Below are positions 9,977-19,044 of a DNA stretch of 64,000 nucleotides, piece after piece (position 1 is the first letter of the stretch; each line of letters opens with the position of its first letter). Position numbers and translations under genes: made by a program. The stretch covers positions 140,438 to 204,437 of the forward strand of contig JALNKA010000002.1 in NCBI GenBank assembly GCA_023261815.1, read 5' to 3'. Under the pieces are notes generated by a model, which saw only the letters and a program-made list of their open reading frames with translations, was not told the origin of the DNA and ran no database searches. Source of the stretch: Candidatus Wolframiiraptor sinensis (lineage in GTDB: Archaea > Thermoproteota > Nitrososphaeria_A > Caldarchaeales > Wolframiiraptoraceae).

Positions 9977-10519
9977 TTAGAGTAGCCTCAGCTGAGACTT
10001 CGCCTGCTGTAGCCTCACGCCAATGATCTTGAGATCGCTCACCAGATCGCTTAGGAGAATTGTCAGGAGCTTCGCCCTTTCATCTTCGCGATGCTCAGAG
10101 ACCATCTCGAGCATTCTCGAGAATGCGTTGATTGCTATGCTGATGGCGTCCTCGAATTCCCGGAGCTCTGCTCTCACGTCCACAGCTCTGGGAGCCTTGA
10201 GCCTGTCGCTAAACGCCGAGAGAATCTCGGTCAGCTTCTCCATGATTCCAGCCACATAAACTCCGCACTCCTTCTTGAGGCTCTCGAAGTTCAGGATCCT
10301 CAGGAAGTCGGCTCCGAGATATGATAATCCATCCTCGAGGTTTTTCGCGAGGAGTGATAGCCTGTTGGATGCGAGCGCTGCGTGAAGCCCTAAATCGCCG
10401 CCCGCGCTCATCGAGAACCTTCTCAGAAGACTGGCCATCTCGGAGAAGAGAAACCACATGCCCACTAGAAAGTCTATAATCGCGTTGATGGCATCCCCCT
10501 CTCCGGAGCCCTGGCTCAT
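9977..10519 (-). CDS. hypothetical all-alpha protein co-oriented with and 37 bp upstream of cdc6
   Basis: 180 aa, helix-rich, no recognisable motif. The tight spacing suggests co-transcription with cdc6. Confidence 0.4.
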   Translation of the reverse strand: MSQGSGEGDAINAIIDFLVGMWFLFSEMASLLRRFSMSAGGDLGLHAALASNRLSLLAKNLEDGLSYLGADFLRILNFESLKKECGVYVAGIMEKLTEILSAFSDRLKAPRAVDVRAELREFEDAISIAINAFSRMLEMVSEHREDERAKLLTILLSDLVSDLKIIGVRLQQAKSQLRLL

Positions 10520-10644
10520 GAAAGCATCATTCCGGGCATCATCTTTAAGCCTTTCCTCACGGGATCACGCTTTCTCGGCCCAAGAGCCTCGGCGCCTAAG
10601 GCTTTTAAGGAGATGATCTAGATGAGCTTCTCGGAGTCACGGAG

Positions 10645-12069
10645 ATGAGTTTGGAGAATCGGTTTGTTAAGAGCTTCGTGCCCGGCCTCGATGAGGTCAT
10701 CCCCGGCTTTCCCCGGGGAGGGCTCGTGGTCGTCTCGGGCCTACCCGGATCGGGCAAGACGAGCCTCGGAATGAGCTTCATCTATAATGGCGCTATGATC
10801 GCCGGCGAGCCGGGCCTATACGTCTCGACATACGAGAATAGGGAGAGATTCTTGGAGAACGCTGGCTCATTTGGGATGGATTTCAGGCAGCTGGAGGAGA
10901 GAGGCTTATTCGAGTTCATCTCGCTCCCGATCTTGAAGGAGGCAGGCATAGCCGAGTCATTCAACATTGTGATAGAGCGCGTGGAGTCGCTTGGGGCTAA
11001 GAGGCTCGTGATAGACTCCTTCACGGCGCTGAGGGAAGGGTTCAGGAGCCCGCATGAGGCCAGGATCCTCCTTCAGAACGTGCTTCATAGAGTTCTCGAG
11101 AGGCTAAAGTGCACGACGATGCTCGTCAAGGAGCGCGCATCCATAAGCGAGGACATAGGCTTCGAGGATTATGTGGCCGACGCGGTGATACATCTCGAGG
11201 CCACGCTCCTAGAGAATAGGATAATCAGGATAATGAGCTTCGAGAAGCTCAGGGGAGGAGAGATCAGGCACCCGAAACTATGCTTCACCCTTCATAAGGG
11301 ATTTAGGGCCCTATCTCCGACGAGAACCCTGAAGCTCAGGGAGCAGGTGAGCTTCTCCCCGCCGCCGGATCCGCCCGACGGCTACACGACCGGAATCCCA
11401 GACCTCGACCACGAGATAGGAGGATACCCAAAGGGAGCCACAGTGCTTATGGAGATAGACCCCAAGCTCACCCCATCTCATTACCATCTAATACTCCTCC
11501 CAGCAGTCGCGAGCTTCATCCATAAGGGTAGGCTCGTCATAGGTATTCCATCCGGAGGAGTAACTGTCGTGGCGCTGATGAAGGCCGGGAAGCTTTATGG
11601 AGTAAGCGAGGAGAAGTTCCTCAAGCAGACCGCTTTCTTCATAGAGTCCACGGCACCGATGGAAGAGCTTCCGAACGTGATAAGAGTTAGCTCGAGGGAT
11701 CACGATAAAGCACTACTCGACGTGATGAACCACGTCATCGAATTGAGCAGGAAATTCCGGGAGCCTCCATTCATCGGCATAGGCGTTGATAGGCTCATCA
11801 GATTATATGGGGTAAATGCGGCGGTCAATTTACTAGCCATGGCGCAGGATCATGTGAAGCACTCCGGAGGACTCATGGTGCTGCTCGCGAAGCCCGTAGA
11901 GCTGGGGATCATCGAGAGGCTCGCGCCCATAGCCGACATCCACCTCAAGATCACGAGAAAATACGGATGCGTCATACTTCACGGAATAAAGCCCGGGACG
12001 CCGCTATACGCGATCCAGACTGATCCGGAGTCCACGGCACCGCTGCCGGAGATAATACCCATAGTTTAG
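10645..12069 (+). CDS. KaiC-like/RadA-paralog two-domain ATPase
   Basis: Domain 1 has Walker A GLPGSGKT and Walker B RLVIDSF. Domain 2 is RecA-like but has no P-loop (GYPKGATVLMEIDPKLT). It is paralogous to 61596-63047. Confidence 0.8.
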   Translation: MSLENRFVKSFVPGLDEVIPGFPRGGLVVVSGLPGSGKTSLGMSFIYNGAMIAGEPGLYVSTYENRERFLENAGSFGMDFRQLEERGLFEFISLPILKEAGIAESFNIVIERVESLGAKRLVIDSFTALREGFRSPHEARILLQNVLHRVLERLKCTTMLVKERASISEDIGFEDYVADAVIHLEATLLENRIIRIMSFEKLRGGEIRHPKLCFTLHKGFRALSPTRTLKLREQVSFSPPPDPPDGYTTGIPDLDHEIGGYPKGATVLMEIDPKLTPSHYHLILLPAVASFIHKGRLVIGIPSGGVTVVALMKAGKLYGVSEEKFLKQTAFFIESTAPMEELPNVIRVSSRDHDKALLDVMNHVIELSRKFREPPFIGIGVDRLIRLYGVNAAVNLLAMAQDHVKHSGGLMVLLAKPVELGIIERLAPIADIHLKITRKYGCVILHGIKPGTPLYAIQTDPESTAPLPEIIPIV

Positions 12070-12084
12070 GCCGAGTTGCGAGAA

Positions 12085-12182
12085 TGGTGCGGCCGCCGGG
12101 ATTTGAACCCGGGACCGCTGGCTCTCTCCGCGCATCTTCGCGCTCGGGGGGCCAGCGTCCTACCAGGCTAGACGACGGCCGC
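12085..12182 (-). tRNA. intron-containing tRNA (anticodon probably CCC, Gly)
   Basis: On the minus strand the sequence is GCGGCCG-U-C-GUCU-AGCCUGGU-AGGAC-G-CUGGC-[CCCCCG+21-nt intron+A]-GCCAG-CGGUC-CCGGG-UUCAAAU-CCCGG-CGGCCGC-A-CCA. The cloverleaf is canonical with an encoded CCA. The loop has C at position 33, which is unusual, so the isotype call is tentative. Confidence 0.7.
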
Positions 12183-12319
12183 TCAGCCATATCCGAGGGC
12201 GTGGCCATATTTTTGCTTTTGTGATTATTGGAATAGGCTTGGGCTATTACCCTGATACTCATCCACTTTCACCCATCTCCCGAGGGTAAATTAAGGAGTG
12301 GAGCCTGTTATGGCCCAGG

Positions 12320-12850
12320 TTGGACCTGATGGCCGCTGAGGAGCTTAGGCGAGCTCTGAGAGGCGTAGAGATAGAGTATGAGAACTCGCTCGAAGAGGTC
12401 ATCCTGCTCAAGGATGTTCAGAAGCTCATCCTGCCATCCGGCGCCCTCGAGGGCCTCAAGGCCGGCTCAAGCCTCAGGGTCTACCACTGGGTCGCGGAGA
12501 AGCTGCTCGAGAAGGAGCTCGCGAAGCCTGCTGAAGACCTCCTAGACGTGAAGATCATCCTGCAGCTCAGGTGGAGGGAGAAGAGCAATCCAGCGGAGCT
12601 CCAGCCTCTCCCAAGATACTTCTATCTCAAGGCCAGGAAGCTCGCATCAGAGGGCGGATCGGAGCTAATGATGCATCTGAGGGACATCTACTCGCTCAGG
12701 CTCGCGAAGATAATGGGCTTCGCCGCGAAGAGGATCCCGGTCTCCATGGTGCGAAACCTGACGGCCGAGGAGGAGGTATTCTACGGTCAGCTTCTGGAGC
12801 TCGTGAACGCGTGGCACGAGTTCGTGGAGGTGGAGGGCGATGGCCGCTGA
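12320..12850 (+). CDS. putative GINS subunit (Gins23-like) translationally coupled to MCM
   Basis: 176-aa helical protein. It overlaps the MCM start by 11 nt, as in crenarchaeal gins23-mcm operons. The start is TTG 12320 or ATG 12329. The assignment rests on synteny and size, not on motifs. Confidence 0.45.
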   Translation: MDLMAAEELRRALRGVEIEYENSLEEVILLKDVQKLILPSGALEGLKAGSSLRVYHWVAEKLLEKELAKPAEDLLDVKIILQLRWREKSNPAELQPLPRYFYLKARKLASEGGSELMMHLRDIYSLRLAKIMGFAAKRIPVSMVRNLTAEEEVFYGQLLELVNAWHEFVEVEGDGR

Positions 12851-15800
12851 GCCCGAGATAGAGGAGAGGATGCTCAACTTCTTCAAGCAGGAGAAGTATA
12901 GATCGCTACTCGCGACGGCGGCGGCTCAGAGGAGGCAGTCCATACTCGTGGACCACAGCGACCTCATATCATTCGATGAGGAGCTGAGCCACCTGATAGT
13001 CAATGATCCGCTGAAGTATCTCCCGATACTCGATAGGTCGGCGTATAAGCAGCTCCAGGTCGAGGATCCGGATTACGCGGCGGCGCTTAAGGAGTTCAAG
13101 GCCAGGGTCTTCAACCTGCCGGACAGGGTACCGATCAGGGAGATAAGATCACATCACCTGGGCAAGCTGATAGCCGTGGACGGGATAATGGTCAGGGCGA
13201 GCACGGTTCGCCCCATACTCAAGACCGCGGTCTTCGCCTGCTCCACCTGCGGCGCGAAATACTTCTCATCGGAGGACCCTTCAGTGCCGAGGCTCAAGAC
13301 GCCGGAGAGGTGTGAGAGATGCAGGGGCAGGAAGTTCGAGATGATCCCGGAAGAGAGCGAGTACATGGACTTCCAGCTAGTCGGCATCCAGGAGAAGCCC
13401 GAGGACCTTCCGCCCGGCCAGATACCGAGGGTGATAGACGTCGAGCTTAAGGGCGATATCGTCGATCTTGCGAGGCCCGGTGATAGAGTTATAGTAACCG
13501 GGATTTTGAGGACCATGCCGGAGCGCGACGCGAACACGCCTAGAAGAACGTCGAAGATGTATCTCGAGGCAGTCAGCATAGAGACCGCGAGCAAGGAGCC
13601 CGAGAGCCTCATCATAACCCCGGAAGAGGAGAAGCTCTTCAGGGAGATGGCGAGGGACCCGGAAATCCATAAAAAGCTCGTTGAATCCATCGCGCCCAGC
13701 CTATACGGGCTTGAGCACGTGAAAAAGGCCGTCATGCTACTTCTCTTCGGCGGAACGCCAAAGCAGTATCCAGATGGCACGAAGATACGCGGCGACATCC
13801 ACCTGCTACTTGTCGGAGACCCAGGAACAGGAAAAAGCCAGCTACTAAAATACGTCGCAATGATGGCGCCCAGAGGAATATACACGTCCGGAAGGGGATC
13901 GACAGCAGCCGGCCTATGCGTCTCGGGGGACACCTTAATTTACACTGATGAGGGCATAACTCCGATACGGGATCTTGTCGAGAGAAATATGATGATGGGG
14001 TCTCAGAAGTTGCGTGAGGGGATAAGCATTGCGAAAAATCCGAAAATAGTAAAGATAATCGCTCCTTCGGAGGGACTTAAGAAGATTGACGTCCATAATG
14101 CCGTTCAGTATTACAAGCTGAAAGCTAAAAGAGTAATCAGAATAACCACGGTTCTGGGTAAATCCATCGCTTTAACGGATGAGACTCCAATCTTATGCTC
14201 CGAAGATGGAAAGAATTTGAGATGGAAAAAGGCCTCCGAGGTGAAGGTTGGAGAATATGTGGCCCTCGCTGCAAAGCTCCCGGATCTAGAAGGTGATTGG
14301 AGGAAATGCTTCTATGATCTCGTAGGAGATGACGTCTTTGTTGAGATAGATCCGGACAAGCTAAATGAGCTGCTGAATAAGCTCTCAAATAAATTCGGAT
14401 CACTAAGAACTGCTGCATGGTATTTAGGCATACCGGAGGATTACCTATATTACCGCTGGAGGAGGTTGCTGCGCCTGAGGCTAAGCGCCCTAAAGACAAT
14501 TCTCAAAGAGCTCGGAATGAGTTTTGATGAAATAATACCGTACATCAAATCCGTAGCTTACAAGAGCTACAGAGGAACTGAGAGGGTGGTGATACCACCC
14601 TATCCGAATGAGGAGTTCTTGGAATTTCTAGGAGACATATACTCGGATGGCTGCCTCATTAGAGATCAGCGCAGGAAGGAGTCCTACGTAATTCACTATT
14701 CATCAGGTTCTATTAATGACGCGAGAAATTACGTCAAGAGGGTTAGGAGGCTTTTCGGACTTAATCCTAAAATTGAAAAAGATCCGCGCGAAGAGTGTTA
14801 TATCGTCCGATTCTCCAACAAAATTGTGGCAAGGCTTCTAAGAGCATTTGGAGTCCCGGTTGGGGATAAGGGGATAAACCTAGCAATCCACCCAATTATA
14901 CACATTATGCCCAGAAGGCTTGTTGGTAGATTTCTCAGGCAGCTGTTCACCAATGATGGCGGGGTTATTAGTGGGAAATGCGTCTCTCTCTCAACGTCGA
15001 GCAGAATGCTTGCCGAGCAGGTTGACATGCTCCTCGGAAAATTCGGGATAATATCATCGATCCGAAGAAGGAGTCCGAGTGAAAGCCGCATCAATAACAA
15101 GCCCGTGAGAAGAGAGCAATTGTATGAGGTGTCAATATACGACCTAGAATCCCTAAGAGTGTTCTTAAGGGAGATAGGATTCAGTAATCCGAAGAAGCTC
15201 CGGAAGCTACTCGATTTAATTAAGGCGAGAAGTGGGGGTCACAATAACTTTAAGCGCCTGAGCGATGAGATCATCTTAGTTAAGGTCAAGAGTGTGACGG
15301 TGGAGGAGGTGAATGAGGTCTATGATTTAACGGTGAATGATTCACACGCGTTCGTAGCTAACAAGTTTATAGTCCATAATACTGCGGCGGTCGTAAGGGA
15401 TAGTAGTGGGGGCATGATGCTCGAGGCGGGTGCGCTGGTGTTGGCGGATATGGGCGTTGCGTGCATAGATGAGATCGATAAGATGAGGCCCGAGGATAGG
15501 GTTGCGCTGCATGAGGCCATGGCCCAGCAGACGATTAGCATAGCCAAGGGCGGGATCGTTGCCACGCTCAATGCCAGGACCTCGATACTGGCGGCCGCGA
15601 ACCCGACGCTCGGCAGATACGACCCCTACAGGAGCTTCACGGATAATGTTGATCTCCCGATAACGATACTCTCGAGATTCGACCTGATCTTCGTTCTCAG
15701 GGATGAGCCCAATCGCGATCTCGATGAAAAGCTAACAGATCACGTTCTGGGGCTCCAGTCTAGGTCGGTCGCGGTGACCTCGCCGCCCATCAAGCCCGAG

Positions 15801-16319
15801 ATCCTGAGAAAATACATCGCCTATGCTAGGAGGATTAAGCCCGAGCTTACCCCGGCGGCCGCCAGGCTGATCAAGGAATTCTATCTCCAGATGAGGTCAA
15901 TGTATCAGCAGACGTCCACGGTGACGATTACCGCGAGGCAGCTCGAGTCTCTGATAAGGCTGGCTGAGGCGAGGGCCAGGGCAGCCCTAAGAGACTACGT
16001 TACGGAGGAGGACGTCCTCGACGTCATAGACTTGATGAAGAGAAGCCTCTCGGAGGTCGGAATAGACATAGAGACCGGCAGGCCTGACATAGACGTGATA
16101 CTGACCGGGAAGCCGAAGAGCCTGAGAGATAAGATCGCGGTCTTCCTCGATACGCTGAGGGAGCTCCAGGAGGAGAAGGGCCACGCCGAGGACGAGGAGC
16201 TGAGAGAAGCTCTCAGGGAGAAAGGATTCACGGATGCCGAGATAAGCAAGATTCTCGGGAGGCTGCTATCCGAGGGCAAGATCTTCAGCCCGAGAACAGG
16301 CATATACAGGATAACATGA
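12840..16319 (+). CDS. mcm: MCM replicative helicase with an in-frame intein
   Basis: Zn-finger CSTCGAKYFSSEDPSVPRLKTPERCERC, Walker A GDPGTGKS, Walker B CIDEIDKM, and arginine finger SRFDLIF. The extein is about 671 aa and the intein is aa 360-847. Confidence 0.9.
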   Translation: MAAEPEIEERMLNFFKQEKYRSLLATAAAQRRQSILVDHSDLISFDEELSHLIVNDPLKYLPILDRSAYKQLQVEDPDYAAALKEFKARVFNLPDRVPIREIRSHHLGKLIAVDGIMVRASTVRPILKTAVFACSTCGAKYFSSEDPSVPRLKTPERCERCRGRKFEMIPEESEYMDFQLVGIQEKPEDLPPGQIPRVIDVELKGDIVDLARPGDRVIVTGILRTMPERDANTPRRTSKMYLEAVSIETASKEPESLIITPEEEKLFREMARDPEIHKKLVESIAPSLYGLEHVKKAVMLLLFGGTPKQYPDGTKIRGDIHLLLVGDPGTGKSQLLKYVAMMAPRGIYTSGRGSTAAGLCVSGDTLIYTDEGITPIRDLVERNMMMGSQKLREGISIAKNPKIVKIIAPSEGLKKIDVHNAVQYYKLKAKRVIRITTVLGKSIALTDETPILCSEDGKNLRWKKASEVKVGEYVALAAKLPDLEGDWRKCFYDLVGDDVFVEIDPDKLNELLNKLSNKFGSLRTAAWYLGIPEDYLYYRWRRLLRLRLSALKTILKELGMSFDEIIPYIKSVAYKSYRGTERVVIPPYPNEEFLEFLGDIYSDGCLIRDQRRKESYVIHYSSGSINDARNYVKRVRRLFGLNPKIEKDPREECYIVRFSNKIVARLLRAFGVPVGDKGINLAIHPIIHIMPRRLVGRFLRQLFTNDGGVISGKCVSLSTSSRMLAEQVDMLLGKFGIISSIRRRSPSESRINNKPVRREQLYEVSIYDLESLRVFLREIGFSNPKKLRKLLDLIKARSGGHNNFKRLSDEIILVKVKSVTVEEVNEVYDLTVNDSHAFVANKFIVHNTAAVVRDSSGGMMLEAGALVLADMGVACIDEIDKMRPEDRVALHEAMAQQTISIAKGGIVATLNARTSILAAANPTLGRYDPYRSFTDNVDLPITILSRFDLIFVLRDEPNRDLDEKLTDHVLGLQSRSVAVTSPPIKPEILRKYIAYARRIKPELTPAAARLIKEFYLQMRSMYQQTSTVTITARQLESLIRLAEARARAALRDYVTEEDVLDVIDLMKRSLSEVGIDIETGRPDIDVILTGKPKSLRDKIAVFLDTLRELQEEKGHAEDEELREALREKGFTDAEISKILGRLLSEGKIFSPRTGIYRIT
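13917..15380 (+). mobile_element. MCM intein with LAGLIDADG homing-endonuclease domain
   Basis: It starts with Cys (CVSGDTLIYTDEG) directly after extein AAGL. It ends with VHN followed by Thr+1 (TAAVVRD). Two LAGLIDADG-like blocks are present (FLEFLGDIYSDGC and FLRQLFTNDGGVI). 488 aa. Confidence 0.85.
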
Positions 16320-16335
16320 ATTCTCTTCGCGCCGG

Positions 16336-18477
16336 GTGGACGGGTTGCTAGTCGAGGATTTACCGGTGCCCGAGTTTCTCAAGAGAAATCTAAGGGATTC
16401 CGGGATAATGGAGCTCTATCCGCCGCAGGTTAAGGCTGTTCAGGCCGGGGTGCTGAATGGCGAGAACATCGTCTTGGCGACCCCGACGGCCTCCGGCAAG
16501 ACCCTCGTGGCGCTCATGGCAGCCTCCATCCACCTCGCGAAAGGCGGTAAGGTGCTCTACCTCGTGCCGCTGAGAGCACTGGCCTCGGAGAAATTCGAGG
16601 ATTGCAGGAGGCTGCTATGCAGGGGGACAGCGTTCAAGGCCGCGATCTCGACCGGGGACTACGATTCATCAGATCCATGGCTCGCGGACTACGATGTGAT
16701 AGTCGCGACGAACGAGAAAGCGGATAGCCTTCTCAGGCATAAAGCTCAGTGGATCGACGATGTGAGCCTCGTGGTCCTCGATGAGCTCCACCTGCTCGGA
16801 GACCCGGATAGGGGGCCAACGCTCGAGATGGTGATAACGAAGCTGAGGAGGAGGCTGCCCAGCGCCCAGCTCATAGGGCTGAGCGCCACGATAAGCAATG
16901 CCGAGGAGATCGCAGGCTGGCTCAACGCGAGACCCGTGATCTCGGAGTGGAGACCGGTGCCCCTGAAGGAGGGAGTGCTTCTCGGAAGGAGGATCGAGTT
17001 TTCGGATGGAGGCGTGTGGGAGCTGAAGCAGCTGTCGGATAACGCGATAGTGAATGTCGTCCTCAATGTCGTGGCTGAGGGCGGGCAAGCCCTCGTCTTC
17101 GCCCTGACCAGGAGCAGGGCTGAGAGCTACGCGGCCAAGATCGCGAAGGAGCTTAGCGAGAAAATAGACCTTCTAACACCAGATGATCGCGAGGCTCTCG
17201 AGGAATATGCAGAGAAGATCCTCGCGGCTGATAGGAGCTCGTTCTCCGAGAATCTGGCCCAGCTCGTCTTGAGGGGAGCGGCATTCCATCACGCCGGCCT
17301 ATCACATGCTCAGAGATCGCTGATAGAGGAGGCTTTTAGGGCGAGGAGGCTGAAGGCGGTCGTCGCGACGCCGACCCTCGCCGCCGGAGTGAATCTCCCG
17401 GCCAGGCTCGTCCTCATAACGGAGGTTAGGAGGTATCAGCCGGGATACGGCTACCAGTTGATCCCTGTGCTGGAGTATAAGCAGTTTTGCGGGAGGGCTG
17501 GGAGGCCCGGCTATGATGAGGTGGGATACTCGGCGATAATCGCGAGGAGAAGCGACGAGAAGGAATATTTCATGAGGAGGTATGTGCAAGGTGAGCCGGA
17601 GAGGATTAGGAGCGAGCTCGCGTCCGAGAAGCATCTCAGATTCCACGTCCTCGCCCTCGTAGCATCTGAGGAGATCGCGACGATCAAGGGCCTAATCAAG
17701 TTCCTCGATGAAACCTTTCTCGCACACACTTATGGTGCTCACCTGATCGAAGAGGAGCTCACCGAAGTGCTCGGCTTTCTTGAATCCGCCGGCCTCCTCG
17801 AGTTATATGGCCTGGAGGTCAGGGCGACGCTCCTGGGTAGAAGGGTCTCGCAGCTCTATATAGACCCCATGACGGCCATAAGGCTTCTCGAGGCATTCAG
17901 GGAGGCTGGTAGAGCATCGGCCTTCGGCCTCCTTCACTCCATCGCGCTGACCCCGGATGTTCCGAGAATACCGATGAAGAGGCTTTCGCCGAAGCTCATA
18001 GAGGAGGAGATCGAGCGGAGAGCAGAGGGCTTGATGATCCAGCCTCCGGACCCGGGAGAAGAGATCTACGACGAATACCTGGACGCATTCAGGATCGCTT
18101 TAGTCCTCGAGGCCTGGGTGGAGGAGGTTCCGGAAGCCGAAATCTATGAGAGGTTCGGGGTCCAGCCCGGTGACCTGGCTATCCTGAGGGAGGCCGCGAG
18201 CTGGATCGCCTACGCCGCATCCCAGATAGCGAAGGTCGCCGGATACGGAGAATTCGTCAAGCCATATGATGTCCTGAGCGAGCGGATTAAGCACGGCGTG
18301 AGGGAGGAGCTGATACCCCTTGCGAGACTCCGGGGCATAGGCAGGGTTAGGGCTAGGCTACTATACCAGTACGGGTACACCTCGCTCGATAGGCTCAGGG
18401 CCGCGTCGCCGCAGGACCTCATGAGGATACCCGGGATAGGCCCCGCGGTAGTCAAGCAGATCATGGAGCAGCTTTAG
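16336..18477 (+). CDS. hel308: Hel308/Hjm Ski2-like DNA helicase
   Basis: Motif I ATPTASGKT, DEAD-box variant VLDELH, SAT and HHAGL motifs, and C-terminal winged-helix and HhH domains. 713 aa. Confidence 0.85.
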   Translation: MDGLLVEDLPVPEFLKRNLRDSGIMELYPPQVKAVQAGVLNGENIVLATPTASGKTLVALMAASIHLAKGGKVLYLVPLRALASEKFEDCRRLLCRGTAFKAAISTGDYDSSDPWLADYDVIVATNEKADSLLRHKAQWIDDVSLVVLDELHLLGDPDRGPTLEMVITKLRRRLPSAQLIGLSATISNAEEIAGWLNARPVISEWRPVPLKEGVLLGRRIEFSDGGVWELKQLSDNAIVNVVLNVVAEGGQALVFALTRSRAESYAAKIAKELSEKIDLLTPDDREALEEYAEKILAADRSSFSENLAQLVLRGAAFHHAGLSHAQRSLIEEAFRARRLKAVVATPTLAAGVNLPARLVLITEVRRYQPGYGYQLIPVLEYKQFCGRAGRPGYDEVGYSAIIARRSDEKEYFMRRYVQGEPERIRSELASEKHLRFHVLALVASEEIATIKGLIKFLDETFLAHTYGAHLIEEELTEVLGFLESAGLLELYGLEVRATLLGRRVSQLYIDPMTAIRLLEAFREAGRASAFGLLHSIALTPDVPRIPMKRLSPKLIEEEIERRAEGLMIQPPDPGEEIYDEYLDAFRIALVLEAWVEEVPEAEIYERFGVQPGDLAILREAASWIAYAASQIAKVAGYGEFVKPYDVLSERIKHGVREELIPLARLRGIGRVRARLLYQYGYTSLDRLRAASPQDLMRIPGIGPAVVKQIMEQL

Positions 18478-18967
18478 GAAAATATCTCCGCTGAAACTCG
18501 ATGATCGAGATCTCTTGAGCGCGTTCTATAGAGCCGGGCCTCAGCTTCCTAATAGCCTTGATAGCCTCCTCGCCGGAAACCCCCTTAGAGGCTACGAGAT
18601 ATGCTGCTAGAACGGTTCCGGTTCTGCCGAGGCCGGCGGCGCAGTGGATGAGCAGCCTCCTCCCACCGGACACCAGCGCGAGAACCCTGTCAACTATCTC
18701 CTTCAGCGTCTCCGGATCCGGGGCGGAATGATCCTCTATCGGGAAATGCATGTACTCGATGCCGAGGCGCTCAACCCATTCCCCGGGGAGAGGATGCTCT
18801 GTTAACGAGAGTATTGCGTCGATTCCCTGAGACTTGATCCACTCAAGCTGCTTTATGGTCATGGGCCTGCCTGAGGCCGCAACGCGCTCATCAACCCAGC
18901 TGAAGTTGGACGGCTTATCCATGAACAAGGCTAAGAGCCTCCTGTAGGCATCTCCCAAGTTGAGCAT
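18461..18967 (-). CDS. dual-specificity/protein-tyrosine phosphatase
   Basis: CX5R catalytic loop HCAAGLGRTG. 168 aa. Confidence 0.8.
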   Translation of the reverse strand: MLNLGDAYRRLLALFMDKPSNFSWVDERVAASGRPMTIKQLEWIKSQGIDAILSLTEHPLPGEWVERLGIEYMHFPIEDHSAPDPETLKEIVDRVLALVSGGRRLLIHCAAGLGRTGTVLAAYLVASKGVSGEEAIKAIRKLRPGSIERAQEISIIEFQRRYFPKAAP

Positions 18968-19044
18968 TCCTTATGCTGATCTCCTCCCGATATTTAACCC
19001 CGCATGAGAACAAACCAAAAATATACGGGATCAAGAGGAATTGC

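Noticed and set aside
10520-10644. Divergent intergenic region between the cdc6-associated ORF and the KaiC-like gene, considered as oriC
   Set aside because: It is only 125 bp, not AT-rich, and has no visible repeated ORB-like elements.
13154-13933. Long antisense ORFs inside mcm (259 aa), and similar shadow ORFs inside rfcL (7693-8277), hel308 and others
   Set aside because: They lie fully inside well-supported genes on the opposite strand. They are Ser/Pro/Arg-rich and low-complexity, as expected for GC-rich shadow frames, and have no motifs.
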